This document shows, piece by piece, positions 25,353 to 39,180 of a stretch of 64,000 bases of DNA. Source of the DNA: Octopus vulgaris (lineage: Eukaryota); contig OX597819.1 of NCBI GenBank assembly GCA_951406725.2, positions 70,370,001 through 70,434,000 of the forward strand, given 5' to 3'. The first letter of the stretch is position 1; every line of letters starts with the position of its first letter. The notes under the pieces were generated by a model. The model worked only from the letters and a program-made list of their open reading frames with translations. It had not been told where the DNA came from and did no database searches. The position numbers were made by a program, and so were the translations under genes.

Positions 25353-26241
25353 CGACGGGCTTCTTTCAGTTTCTGTCTACCAAACCCATTTACAAGTCTT
25401 TGGTCAAGCCAAGGCTATAGCAGAAGACATTTGCCCAAGTTGCCATGTGGTGAGACTGAACCCAAAACCATGTGCTTAGGAAGCAAGCTTCTTTAGCACT
25501 CAGCCACGCCTTCCATTTCTCTTTTCTATCTCTTTTACTTGTTTCTGTCATTGGACTTCAGCCATACTGGAGCACTGCTCTGAAAGGTTCAGGCAAATAA
25601 ATTGACCTCTGTACTTATTTTTAAGTCTGATAACTTATTTTATTGGACTCTTTGCCAAACTGCTAAGTGATGGGGGAGAAACACAAAGATACACACACAT
25701 ACATATTTATTTTGTTCCAGATTTAGATTTTGGCATAAGTTAATTTTTATTTCTGTTTTATTTTGTACCATGTTCCAAATTTTGGTTTATGAAAATGTGT
25801 TTGACCAATTTAAAATTATAATTAAAGCGAAATGAGTACCTTTTAATCCTAACGCCAGGAGTGTCCCTGAAAGTTACTGTTAAGCTCTGAATTGATAGAA
25901 ATACCACAAACTACACCTAAACCTCTGTGTGTGTGTGTGTGTTATAAATATGTATAGGTGTGTGGCCTAGTAGTTAGGTGCATTACACTCACAATCGTAA
26001 GATTGCTGTTTCAATTCCCACACATGGTGTGTGTTGTGTTCTTGTACAAAACACTGCATTAAACACTTCTCTAGTTCCCTGACCTGTAAATTGATAACCC
26101 TGCGATGGAATAACCTTCCAATCAGGGGGAATGTCAGCCTGCTTACCTAGCCAGTTGTGGGGGCATCACTTGAAAAGCTTAAATGATAGTAAGTACATAA
26201 TGCCCAGCGATGTATAACATCTGATAAGCTGGGTGATCAAG

Positions 26242-26274
<33 letters not shown>

Positions 26275-26278
<4 letters not shown>

Positions 26279-26643
26279 GGAATTGGTGTGTGATAAGAAG
26301 CTTGCTTCCAAACCACATGGTTCCAGGTTCAGTCCCACTGCGTGGCACTTGGGGAAGTGTCTTCTACTATAGCCTTCGGTCGACCAAAGCCTTGTGAGTG
26401 GATATGATAGATGGAAGCTGAAAGAAACCTGTCGTTTATATATGTGTGTGTGTTTGTCCCCCCCCCCACCGTCATGTGACAACCAATGTTGGTGTGTTTA
26501 CGTCTCTGTAACTTAGTGGTTTGGCAAAAGAGGCTGATAGAATAAGTACTAGGCTTACATAGAATAAGTCCTGGGGTTGATTTGTTCGACTAAAGGTGGT
26601 GCTCCAGTATGGCCTCAGTCAAATGACTGAAACAAGAATAAAG

Positions 26644-26645
<2 letters not shown>
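26275..26645 (+). mobile_element. tRNA-derived SINE (family A)
   Basis: Near full length; followed by an inverted family A head at ~26690-26845. Confidence 0.85.
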
Positions 26646-26677
<32 letters not shown>

Positions 26678-28037
26678 ATATACATACAAAGCTTCTATAC
26701 AGTTTCCATCTTCCATATACACTCACAAGGCATTGGTCAGTCCAAGGTTATAGCAGAAGACATTTGCCCAAGGTGCTTCACAGCAGGACTGAACCTGAAA
26801 TCACATGATTGTAGAGCAAGTTTCTTAACCATGCAGCCATACACACATTCCCATCACGAAGACCTGAAGCACTTTTGCTGCAGTCCAGTGCTCTCCACTC
26901 AAGGAAATACCATAATGTATCTGGTCTGACTTACAACCGTGTGAGACAAATAAAAGCATGGAGTGGCTTGTTCTCTTATTCATGTTCTGTTTGAAATCTT
27001 CTCAAGATAATGGACTGATTTTTATTTTTATTGATTTCTCTTTTGTTTTTTTTTCTCTCCATCTCTTATGAATTTATTTATTTATTTATTGGCTCATGCT
27101 ATCTCAAAGGAGCTTATGTCTGTGATTTCATATCCTGGCCTCGACTACTTGATATCTTAATGCAATCTCACTCACATAATCTCTCTCTCACACACACCAC
27201 ACATTCTGTTGCTTTCTTTGTCATTCTCTTTTTCTTTCCTTCTCTCTTTCTTTGTGTCACTTTCTTTTTTCTCTCTCACTTTTCTCTCTCTCTCATAAAA
27301 TATTTTCACACATATACACCATCACATCTGGTTTGTACTTTTACACATGCATGCATGAACATACCCAACACATACACAACTTTATACATAATAGCACACA
27401 CATTTAGCAATTCAGGTGTATACTTCTGTGTGTATTAACACAGTTATTCTCATACATATATATAAGTTCTGGCATGGCAGCGTGGTTAAGTAGTCTATTT
27501 CTCAACCATGTAGTTTCAGGTTCTGTCCCACAGTGTGGTATTTTGGACAAGTGTCTTCTATTATAGTTCCAAGCTCACCAAAGACCTGTGAGTGGATTCT
27601 GTGTGTGTGTGTGTGTACAAAACACACCTTTTTTCAATACACAGTTGAAATGATTAGTCAAACATGAGCCATGTGACATTTTTTCCAAATCATTAGTAAT
27701 AGACACATGTGGTCCCTATAATTGTTGCAGCTATTACAAGGGACACAATCATTTCTTTGTAGCTGAAAGAAAGATTAGAAGCTTGAAATTAAAATTAAGG
27801 AATTATAAGAAATTAAAAAAAGCATAAACTTCACATTTTTTGTGCTTAAGAATATAAACATGAATTATTTTACAGAGAGGCAAAAAAACACCAACATTTG
27901 AGGAATCTAGAAATAGTCTGTATTGGCAAAAAAGAACTAAAGAAAAGTTTTAAAATTTCTAAAATATTGTGTGCCACAGGGAGACATGAGGAGTCGTGAC
28001 ATTTCTGGCTAGGCCTTATTTAAAAAATTTTATTTAA

Positions 28038-28463
28038 CCCTTTAGCATTCAGATTATTCTGTCAACTGTCATGTCTATTTATTCATGTTAGGCAGTGAGT
28101 TGGCAGAGTCGTTAGCACGCTGGGCGAAATGCTTAATGATATTTCGTCCTTTGCTCCGATCTGAGTTCAAATTCCGCCAAGGTCGACTTTGCCTTTCATC
28201 CTTTTAGGGTTGATAAATTAAGTACCAGTTGAACGCTGGGGTCGATGTAATCGACTCATCCTCTCCTTCCAAATGGCTGCCCTTGTGGCAAAATTCGAAA
28301 CCATTGTTTTGAATTAAGCATATATTATCTTGTAGCTTCTTCAAGATTTTGATGATGTAACTGCTTATTTTTAGAATGACCTTGTGGGCCAGATCTGGCC
28401 AGTTTGAACATAAACCAGGCAGAATGCTTGGGCTTGATATGACTGGTTTAAATGCTAAAAGGG
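28038..28463. mobile_element. piggyBac-type MITE (type A) with inserted family B SINE (~28090-28303)
   Basis: TTAA-CCCTTTAGCATT ... AATGCTAAAAGGG-TTAA; body matches 53994-54212. Confidence 0.8.
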
Positions 28464-28829
28464 TTAAACAGAATTGCTGACTTGACCCACCTGGGGCTTA
28501 TCTCTATTTATCTTCTGTGCATATGTAAAGTACCTAGGTCAAACTGTTAACTGACAAAATCTTTTTCATACTAACACTTTACAGATAGTATGAGATGCAT
28601 CAAGGAAACATTGCCAATAGTTGTGGAAGCTTGTCATTGAAGAACAATTTACAGCTGTCAAGAATTATTTAGAGAAGTTCAATATTCCCAGGTCTGATGG
28701 GAAGGTTTAAATCATTTTATATCTTCCCGTATCTTACTTGGCAAAGGAAATATATTCACATAAGAATCAAAAATATTACACTGAATTTATTTGAATTGTG
28801 TTTATATCTTAAGTGTGTGTGTGTGTGTG

Positions 28830-28867
<38 letters not shown>

Positions 28868-29431
28868 TTGTTGTCGTCATTTAACATTTGTTTTCCATGC
28901 TGGCATGGATGGATGGTTTGACTGAGGACTTACAGACATGCATGCATGTGGGAACATGCATGCACATACAACACACACACACACAAGTTTTGTATAGTTA
29001 CCAAATTCAATCACAATACACTGATTTGCTTGTGGCCAACTGAAGATGCTTGCACATAGTGCCACACTGTGGGGGGTTGAACCCAGAACTGCATAGTTGC
29101 AAACCAAACTTTTTAACAACACAGCCAGGTTAGCACACACACGCACACACACACACGAATTAGTTATAAAATTCAATAGCATCTAGACACGTCAATTAGG
29201 TACTCGCTTGCCTGTTTTATATCTGTTTAAAATTTTATCTGAAGATGTTATGATGTAATCTATGAATATATCAATAATATTCTAGAGAAACAGCTTTTAC
29301 TTTGAATGCTAGACTTCTTTCCTTGTAACTTGGCAACTAAAGTAAATAGAGTGCCAAAAGATTGCAAAACTTTTGACTCAACCCAATAATTGTGCTGTCA
29401 GCTCACTCACACTTAAAACAAGGTTTATATT

Positions 29432-29948
29432 ACGTTTTCGGAGATTTGTGATGAAGATAAAACACCTGAAATGTATCTCCCCGCTTCTTGTAATTGTGAA
29501 ATAATCATACCATGTGAAGCAAAACCTTATTCTACTTGCCACTGTCCACCAAACTAATTGAGCCATGCAACTATATGTACTATTTAGTTATTTACATTTG
29601 ATGGATATTTGTCCTCGTCTTGTTTGTTGTTAACACATTTTGGCTGATATACCCTCCAGCCTTCATCAGGTGTCTAGGAGAAATTTCGAACTTTGGTTCT
29701 CATTCCTAAGGTATTTTTTCAATGTTGTTGTTGTTGTTATTATCATTATTCAACAAACAAGACGAGGACAAATATCCATCAAATGTAAATAACTAAATAG
29801 TACATATAGTTGCATGGCTCAATTAGTTTGGTGGACAGTGGCAAGTAGAATAAGGTTTTGCTTCACATGGTATGATTATTTCACAATTACAAGAAGCGGG
29901 GAGATACATTTCATGTGTTTTATCTTCATCACAAATCTCCGAAAACGT
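29432..29948. repeat. Near-perfect inverted duplication (198-bp arms: 29432-29629, 29751-29948)
   Basis: Arms are reverse complements with one mismatch seen; the 121-bp spacer holds a hammerhead-like motif. Confidence 0.95.
29633..29673 (-). ncRNA. Degenerate minimal hammerhead ribozyme
   Basis: ACAC-CTGATGA-A-GGCTG-(loop)-CAGCC-AAAA-T-GTGT. Helices I and II present; GAAA reads AAAA and helix III is eroded. Confidence 0.5.
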
Positions 29949-30047
29949 CAAATATCTGTCAAATGTAAATAATATAAATAATATACACAATTCCTCATCT
30001 CTTAAATATAGAATTGTATTACAGTTTAGTTGTTAGCATTATATTAG

Positions 30048-30154
30048 ATGGTGGTCAGGGATAGACGATGTTCTAAAAGCAATTCACATGAAACTAACCA
30101 AATTATCAGAACCGATTTGCTTATGAGGAGTCGTCGGAAATTCTCAAATGCAAT
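30048..30154 (+). CDS. Candidate coding exon (MVVRDRRCSKSNSHETNQIIRTDLLMRSRRKFSNA)
   Basis: Open 107-nt frame between a weak acceptor (TATATTAG|) and a consensus donor (AAT|GTAAGT). The phase-0 start is compatible with the exon at 5043-5093. CpG-containing unique sequence. Confidence 0.4.
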
Positions 30155-30270
30155 GTAAGTTCTTTCCTTGCTTTCTTGTTTTGAACTTTGTAGATTTATA
30201 AAAGGAAAAAAAAGAACATTGGAATTATCACAAATATGATTTCAAGTGACAAATTATTTACTATTTACAT

Positions 30271-30668
30271 AGGTGCAGGAGTTGCTGTGGTAAGTAGCTT
30301 GCTTACCAACCATATGGTTCTGGGTTCAGTCCCACTGCGTGGCACCTTGGGCAAGTGTCTTCTACCATAGCCTCAGGCCAACCAAAGCCTTGTGAGTGGA
30401 TTTGGTAGACGGACACTGAAAGAAGCCCATCGTATATATGTATATATATGTATGTGTGTGTATATGTTTGTGTGTCTGTGTTTATCCCCCCCAACATCGC
30501 TTGACAACCAATGGTGGTGTGTTTACATCCCTGTAACTTAGCAGTTCGGCAAAAGAGATTGATAGAATAAGTACCAGGTTTCCAAAGAATAAGTCCTGGG
30601 GTCGATTTTCTCAACAAAAGGTGGTGCTCCAGCATGGCCGCAGTCAAATGACTGAAACAAGTAAAAAA
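30271..30668 (+). mobile_element. tRNA-derived SINE (family A), full length
   Basis: AGGTGCAGGAG..GCTGTGGTAAG A-box, GGGTTCAGTCCC B-box, CCTTGGGCAAGTGT core, internal microsatellite, GACTGAAACAAGTAAAA tail. Confidence 0.9.
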
Positions 30669-30859
30669 GTGTATGTCCAGTGTATAGACACATACATGCA
30701 TGCATGTGCACACACACACACACACACATGCACACACACACACACAAACACACACAATGTATGTATCTTTATGTCAGTGTGTGTGAGAGAGAGTGTTTCT
30801 CTCTCTTTCTTTTGACATCACATGTTTGTCGTAAATGAATGTTGTTCATTTCCTATAGT

Positions 30860-31154
30860 CAGTGGTGGACTGGCCAGGTTGCCAGCATGCCTGACGGCAA
30901 GTAGACCCCTGTGCCATTAGAATCCCTATATGGGGGCCCATGTTAGTATCTAAGGGGCCCATCCCCTCAAGTTTGAGAAGTTTTTATTCACTCCTGGAAG
31001 AATGCGTTAATTATTTCAGTCTGGCTGTGTTTGTAGACAGTTGAAAAGAATACTTCTAACAAAAAAAAAAAAGAATTAAATGATAGCATTGTAGTTGCAG
31101 GTGGGTCCCCTTAGTCTCCTGGCAACCAGTATTTTTAGACTCAGTCTACCACTG
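30860..31154. mobile_element. hAT-type MITE
   Basis: TIRs CAGTGGTGGACTG / CAGTCTACCACTG; 8-bp TSD CCTATAGT / CCTATGGT; subterminal GGTTGCCAG / CTGGCAACC. Confidence 0.8.
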
Positions 31155-33236
31155 CCTATGGTCAGTGAAAACATGTCTGACCATGGGAAAATATTAACTT
31201 GCTTGGAAACAGTTAAGGGTTAGCGACAGGAAGAGCGTCCAACAGTGGAAAATCTGTCTCAATAAACTCTGTCTGACCCATTCATGCAGGGAAAACTAGA
31301 CATTAAAACGATGATTTGAAGATTTCAATACAAGGTGAAAGAGGAACATATATATATAAAAGGGAAGGAAACAGATGTGTTGTCAAAACAGAATTTCATA
31401 GAAAGTTTTTTAGGTCAAATGATGAAAAGGTTCGCTCATAATAACAAAAGGCTAAATAGTTGCAGTTATATAGATATTGACACTAGCATTCTGTGTTAGA
31501 GAGTATTATTGTTTGTCTTCTGGTTGTTGATGTCCCAACATTTAATTGGAAATTTATACATTTTAGATAAAATTTCAGTCTGAAAGTATTTGATAGCATC
31601 TTGCTATCAAACTAGTACTTCTTCATTTTCATTAATTGATACACTGAGTGAGGCACCAGCATACCTGTGTCAATGCTGAATTTGCTTAGAAACCATGTCA
31701 AAAAATGGTAATGCCCTGTACCCCTTAATTGACTTTTAGACCACTGTTGGGAAATGTCTCTTCAAAATGTGTAAAGAACAAACCTGATTGGAAGAAAGAA
31801 CCTCTTTTCTCTACTCTTTCAGAATATAGACAGAAACTACACATAATGATATAAGGGGTTGAAATGGCTTGATCTGGAATTGAACCTATATTGCATAAGT
31901 CAATATTACTGTTGAATAAGGACATCAACAATTGGAATCAGCTTCCCCAAGACTGCTTCTGGTTCTCTGCCTGTGGATCCCTTTGATTTCTGTTTTACTC
32001 TGCTTGGCCACCATAGCTATTTGTGGTATATATGCAGAAAATCCTGTTATATTTTTATAATTAAAATATTACGAATTGTGTAGAAAATTAAAATATTTGT
32101 ATATTGTAAAAGTATAGCCAATTTATTGCCCATAAATTATAACAACAAAACCTGATATGAACTCTCCAGGACTATATAGACCCTAGTTGAGAACTGTTGT
32201 GCTTGGAGATGAAGGGTTGCAGTCTGTTTTGCTGTATTTAGTCACATCTCTTTCTAGTCTGGGTTCAAATTCTGTCTGATGGTGAGCAAATGCCAGTCAA
32301 GTCATCATCATTTGATATCTGTCTTCTCTGCTGGCATGAGGTGGATGGTTGGACAGGAGCTGGTAAGTCAAAGAGCTACACCAGGCTCCAGTTGTCTGTT
32401 CTTGACATGGTTTCTATAGCTGGATGCCCTTCCTAATACCAGCCACTTTACAAAGTGTACTGGTTGCTATTTTACATGGCATCAGCACAGGAGCTTTTTA
32501 TGTGGCTCCAGCTTGGTTGTTTTTACATCACCCCAGGGTTAGTTTAATCAACTGCTGTCTTAATAAACTACACTCATCTTCCATGTTGTGGAATCAAACT
32601 TGAACCCAGAACCATCTGTTTATAGAGTGAACTTCTTAATCATATCTTTATGTTTGTGCCCATGAGCACAAAAATATCTCAGATTTGCCTTGAAATACCT
32701 ATCCACTTAATAACATTTCCCAAAACAAACAAATTACATTCCTCTATTCTAACATACTGACTGCTTTATTCTCTTTCACTGTTACTGGTTGATGGCCTTA
32801 TGAGTTGTGGAAGCACATTACAACCTGTTTTACTACAAAAACATCATTCAGTCATTCAGTGTTTGCTTTTACTAAATCTTCAACAGATGTCCTGCAAAAT
32901 ACATTAAAAATACACATTTTTAAGACTCATTAATTCGTTATATGTTATATTGTGGGTGTGAAGATGTTTGTGCATGTTTGCTGCTTAAAACATAGCAATA
33001 TGCTTGCACATTACAATTTATAATACGCCTTTGTTTAATCTACACAAAGTGGTATATGTGAAGTAACTGTGTTTATTATTTGAAATGGTTTTGGCTATAC
33101 AGTTGTGTATATAGTATTTACTTTGTACATATACAGACAATCGGAGCCTGGTGCACTCGCTGGCTTGCCAGCTTCCATCAAACCACCCAACCTATGCCAG
33201 AATAGAAAATGGACATTAAATGATGACCAATATACT

Positions 33237-33482
33237 CTTTTACTTGTTTCAGTCATTTGACTGTGACCATGCTGGGGCACTGCCTTTAGTCAAACAGATT
33301 GACCCCTGGACTTATTCTTTGTAAGCCTAGTTATTCTATTGGTCTCTTTAGCCAAACTGCTAAGTTACGGGGACATAAACACACCAACATCAGTTGTCAA
33401 GTGATGGGGGAGGGGGACAAACACAGACACACAAACATACACACATACACGCACACACAAATATATATGCACGCACACACAT

Positions 33483-33515
<33 letters not shown>

Positions 33516-33660
33516 CGATGGGCTCCTTTCAGTTTCCATCTATCAAATCCTCTCACAAAGCTTTGGTCAGCCTGAGGCTATAGTAGAAGACGCCCAAAGC
33601 GTTACACTGTGGGACTGAACCCAGAACCATGTGGTTGGGAATCAAGCATCTTACCACATA
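33237..33660 (-). mobile_element. tRNA-derived SINE (family A)
   Basis: Antisense family A copy; a + strand partial copy follows at ~33785-34090. Confidence 0.85.
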
Positions 33661-33858
33661 TATTGTACATAGTTTGATCATTTGTGAATGTATACAGTTC
33701 AAAGTTTCATCATTAGGGCTTTTCTCCACTCATTCAGTCTTTGAAATGAACTGTGTGACCAAACATCCATGTCTACACCTTTTACTATATCCTTGGGCCA
33801 ACCAAAGCCTTGTGTCTGGACTTGGTAGACAGTGACAAAAAAAAAAAGCCTGTTATAT

Positions 33859-33899
<41 letters not shown>

Positions 33900-34977
33900 T
33901 TACCACCACTTGACAACCAGTGTTAGTGTGTTTACATCCATGTAATTAGTGGTTTGGCAAAAGAGACCTATAGAATAAATACCAGACTTTATAAAAAACC
34001 AAGTGCTGGGGTCAATTCATTCAGCTGAAACTTCATCAATGTGGTACCCCAGCATGGCCACCACCTAATCATAGAAACAAGCAAAAGGTAAAAGGTGGAC
34101 GATATGTATGTGTATATTTGTGTGTTTGTATATTGGTAATGAAGCTAATATTATAGATCTAAACTGGTGAGAAAAATGGTGGTGGTGTGAGGAGGGGGAA
34201 TTATTCATTTCAAAAATTATCTTTTCAAAAATATTATTCAAATATTATTGAAATATTTCCACAAAGATCTCTCCAACTTTCCAATATGTCGCTTATAAAT
34301 AGATTATTTGTTCAAACATGAAATAAGGAAAATAAATAGTGTTGCTCTCATTTATTAGAAAAGACACACATATACACCCATTTGATTATTCATCAAAACA
34401 AAAGTTTTGAAGTCAATATAGATTGCAATGATTAAATCAAATGTGATTATCATGTGCAAAAAATCATTTTTGGTGGTGGTGGTGGTGTCTAGATGCTGAT
34501 TGAATGGAACTATAATCAAGTCAACCACAGCCATCACATCTTTGTATCAGGCATAATGTATTTATGACTAAATTATGCAGTACGTCTTCACTTTTTTTAG
34601 CCCTTTTGATACCAACCTGCTTGAGACCAACCCCTGGCTTTGTCATACAAACTTCCTGTTCCAAAATTTCATGTTAATTTATTATTAAGGTGGTGAGCTG
34701 GCAGAATTGTTAGTATGCCAGACTCGGCAGCATTTCATATGTCCTCACATTCTGAGTTCAAATTCCACTTAGGTTGACTTTGCCCTTCATCCTAGTGGGG
34801 CCTATAAAATAAGTACCAGTTGAATACTGGGGTTGATCAGTTAAATGTATCCCTTCAGTGGCAAGTTTGACCCTTTTGATATCAACATGTCTGAGACTGT
34901 CTTGGTTCTATGTCATAAACTCCCTGTTTGCAAGGGTTCTAAATTAAAACCCTACATCAAAATTTTGTCAGTTTTGT

Positions 34978-35129
34978 CAGGAGTGGCTGTGTGGTAAGAA
35001 GCTTGCTTTCCAACCACATGGTTCCAGGTTCAGTTCCTTGGTGTGGCACCTTGGGCATCTTCTACTATAGCCTCAGGCCAACCAAAGCCTTGTGAGTGGA
35101 TTTGGAAGATGGAAACTGAAAGAAGCCCA

Positions 35130-35183
<54 letters not shown>

Positions 35184-35345
35184 CACATACTGGTGTGTTT
35201 ATGTGCCCGTAACTTAGCGGTTCGGCAAAAACGACTGATAGAATAAGTACTAGGTTTATGAAGAATAAGTCCTGGGGTTGATTTGTTCGACTAAAGGGCG
35301 ATGCTCCAGCATGGCCACAGTCAATTGACTGAAATGAATAAAAGA
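34978..35345 (+). mobile_element. tRNA-derived SINE (family A) inside a fragmented TTAA MITE
   Basis: Family A sequence; MITE B pieces at ~34868-34975 and ~35365-35467 (ending AAAGGGTTAA). Confidence 0.8.
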
Positions 35346-35646
35346 ATATGTTACAAAAGCACCAGCTCATTCACAACAAGGTTATTTCATTAAATTCTTC
35401 ATTATTTTCAAAATTTATTGGAACAAACACAGTCTATTTCAATAGAAATATTGTTCCAAAAGGGTTAAGGCAGTCAGGATATTTTTTGAGGGAGATTTGA
35501 CTGCTTTTTCTAGAAGACCAGGCAGCCATGTAGAGTCTCCCTCATTTGATCGTATATTTTTGTTATTCATTTTGTTTTCATTGTTTTATGTTAAGGTGAT
35601 AAAACATTGTCTAGAAAATGTTTAAAAGATGACAAAAAGTGATGAA

Positions 35647-36338
35647 CCCTTTGCTTTTTAACCAGCCATATCCATCCCATGTATCTTACATGTTTTATGT
35701 TTAAACTGACCAGATCCAGCCTTTTGTACATGTCTTACAATGTTATTCTGAAAATAAACAATCTCATCATCAATATCTCAAAGCTACAAGTTTATAATTG
35801 ATTAACCCTTTTGTTGCCATATTCATTTTGAGATATTCTGTGTTTCTTTCAATTAATTTTAAATGTAATAAAGTATTTAGTAAAATAATTTAGTTACCTT
35901 TTAAGCTGGTGAAAGGAAGATAACTTCTGACTAAGGTTTGGTGGAAGATTTTAGTTCAAAACTTCTGAAAACAAGACATTTGTACTACAGAGCCAGTTTC
36001 AGCTGGGGTGTTATCAAAAGGGTTAAGAATTGTTTCTCTATTATATATTTTAACCCTTTTCTTACCATATTTCTGTTGAGATGCTCTGTGTTTCTTTCAA
36101 TTAATTTTAAATATAACAAAGAATTTAGTAAAATAATTTAGTTATCATTCAGCTGGTGTTAGGAACATAAATTGTGACTAAGGTTTGGTGGAAGATTTTA
36201 ATTCAAAACTTCTGAAAACAAAACATTTGTACTACAGAGCTAGAGGTGTTTCAGCCAGGTTGGTATCAAAAGGGTTAATTCAAAACAATATGAATAAATA
36301 AGTATTATGTTTGACAGAGTAATCTGAATGCTAAAGGG
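35647..36338. mobile_element. Nested piggyBac-type MITEs: type A containing two type B copies (35806-36022, 36054-36274)
   Basis: Each inner unit is TTAA-CCCTTTT...ATCAAAAGGG-TTAA and the two are direct copies of each other. The outer halves match 53547-53762. Confidence 0.85.
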
Positions 36339-36675
36339 TTAACTGTGGTCCTAAGTCCATATTTGCAACTGTGAATTTGAAAAGAAGAAAATGTTTTCCA
36401 CAAGCAGCAGAAAAAAACACAACAACTTATAGTTGTGTTGAGGTTGTTGCTATGTTGCAGTTTTAGTAGAGTTCATATGTTAGTGCAGTTTTAAATTGTT
36501 GGTAGTTGGCACATTTTTTACCTGTTAGCTAGATGACTATTGATACAAGTATTTGTGGCTGGTTCTTTCCTGACTGACTTAATCAGGAACTATCTTTTTG
36601 TTTGCTAGTGTGGAAGTAATGTTTGTCTATACACATAAGAAAAATTTGTACATCTCAGCTTGGAGCTGACCCAGT

Positions 36676-36900
36676 TTAACTCATTAGCATCCAGGTTACT
36701 CAATCAAATGTAATGCTTATTTATTCACATTTTCTTTAATTAATCATGCATTATCTTGTAGCTACAATATTATGATGTACTTGTCAATGTTTTGAAAGAC
36801 ATTGCCAGGTATGTGTGAGAAGCTGGGTCTGGCTAGTTTTTACATAAAACAAGTAGAATATTTGGGCCAGATATGCTCTGTTTAGATGCTGAAGGGTTCA
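36676..36900. mobile_element. piggyBac-type MITE (type A), diverged
   Basis: TTAACTCATTAGCAT...ATGCTGAAGGGTT; body similar to 53994-54212. Confidence 0.7.
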
Positions 36901-38789
36901 TAATGCTGTCAGCTCTAGGTATATGCCAGAGAAAATGTGTAAAAAAAATTCCATGAATAATGCAACATTTATCCTATATAGTAAATGAAAAGTCCTCTTG
37001 CTGTCTCTGCCTGTTCTGTTACTTGGGTTTTCGGCTACTCAAGTACGAATTGATAACCCCTTGACTGTATAAATGCTCATCATCATCATCATCATTATTT
37101 AATGCCTGTTTTTCCATGCTGGCATGGGTTGGACAGTTTGACTGAAAACAGGTAAGTTGGTGGGGCTGTACCAGGTTCCAGTCTGATATGGCAAGGGTTC
37201 TACAGCTGGATGCCCTTCCTAACGCCAAGCACTCAGAGAGTGCAGTGGGTGTTTTTTACGTTCCACTGGCACAAGTACCATTGACATGACACCAGCATCA
37301 GCCACGACTACAGTCTCACTTGGCTTGACAGGTCTACACAAGCTCAGTATATTCTTTTCTGCTCTAGACACAAGGCCTGAAAATTTGGGGGAGGTAACCA
37401 GTCAATTAGATCAATCCCAGTATACAACTGGTACTTAATTTATCGACCTCTAAAGGATGAAATGCAAAGTAGACCTCAGTAGAATTTGAACTCAGAATGC
37501 AAAGACAGGTGAAATGCTGCTAAGCATTTCGCCCAGTGTACTAGCACTTCTGCCTGCTCACTCCTTTACAAGCTCAGTATATTTCCAAAGGTTTTGGTCA
37601 TTGTATAATAATAATAATCATAATAATAATGGTGTTTAATTAAGGCAGAAGGTCAGCATTTGTGAGTGGTGGGGCCATAAGTTGAAACCATTGCCTGCTG
37701 TAACTGGCTGGGACTTTATTTTATTGACCTCTAAAAGATGAATGGCAAAATTCACCTTGGCCAACAGTATTTGAACTCAATTGCAAGCTTGTTCGTTTGA
37801 CAATGATTATAAAAAATATATTCCAAAAGAAATTGTATAATTTGTGTATGTGCATGTATGTGTATGTGTGAGAGAGAACACAAATATAAATATGTTATTT
37901 TTATGTCCCTGATTCTCCTTCCCCTTCTTGCTTGGCATTCCTTGTACATTATCTGCTTAAAATATTTTCATATTTATTTATATACAACAGATCAAGACCT
38001 ACAGCAAGAGCATAACTCATAAATTCCTTTGCTACACATTTACCAATGTTCTCTCTGCCTCTTCTCTCACTCCTCTTCTCTCTCCCTCCCTCCCCCCTCT
38101 CTTCCTTTCTCTCCCTCCCTCTGTCTTTATCTTTCATTTCCATCTCCAACATCTGCAACTTATCTAGTCTTTTTCCTCTTCATCTTCGTTCTATCTACTC
38201 CTCTCTCTTGTTATTTTTTCCCCAGGCATGGCTGTGTTTATAGGTGCAAACATGGCTGTATGATTAAGAATCTCCCTTGGTAACCAAAAGGTTTTGGATT
38301 CAGTCCCATTGCACAGCACCTTGGGCAAGGGTCTTCTACTCTAGCCCTGGGCCAACCAAGCCTTGCGAGTGACTTTGGTAGACAAAACTATGTGAAAGCC
38401 TGTTATGTGTGATAATATGATGTGTGTGTGTGTGTGTGTGTGTGTATGTCTTTGTGTTTGTCTCCCAACCATCACCACATGACAACCGGTGTTGGTTTAT
38501 TTATTCCCTGTAATATAGTGATTCAGCAAAAAAGGCCAATAGGATATGCACCAAACTTAAATAAGTACTGAAGTCAATATGTTCAAGGTGGTGCTCCAGT
38601 ATGACCACAATCTAATGACTGAAGCAAATAAAAAGTCTCACTACTTTCTATTTTAGTTTTAAATTTAGAAGTAGTTGTTTATAATTCCTCTATTCTACTG
38701 AATTTATTGTTTTTCTTTTTCATTCTGCTCTTTCCCTTTAAAATTTTCTTATTTTGGCCAAGTTTCTGCTCAGTTTAGAATATTTATTT

Positions 38790-39016
38790 CTTTACTACCC
38801 ACAAGGGGCTAAACACAGAGGGGACAAACAAGGACAGACAAAAGGATTGAGTTGATTATATCAACCCCAGTGTATAACTGGTACTTAATTTATCGACCCC
38901 AAAAGGATGAAAGGCAAAGTCGACCTCGGCAGAATTTGAACTCAGAACATAATAGCAGACGAAATACGGCTACGCATTTCGCTTGGTGTGCTAACGTTTC
39001 TGCCAGCTCGCCGCCT
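38790..39016 (-). mobile_element. Family B SINE, young full-length copy
   Basis: CpG-intact antisense copy ending ...TGCCAGCTCGCCGCC. TCAGTTTAGAATATTT occurs on both sides (~38771 and ~39017) as a likely TSD. Confidence 0.9.
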
Positions 39017-39180
39017 TCAGTTTAGAATATTTTCAAACTACTTTAAGAATGTAGTAAAGGGCTAATGTTGCTGTAATTTAGCCCCAGGACACATTGTCTC
39101 CAGCTGGCTATACGACATGATCTGTGTCCTTATATTTTCGAACAAAGGAATCTAGCATCCCCACTCAGCTCAAAACAATA

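Noticed and set aside
28585-28705. Branch point and acceptor CTAAC...TTTACAG followed by coding-looking sequence
   Set aside because: All three frames hit stops before a credible donor.
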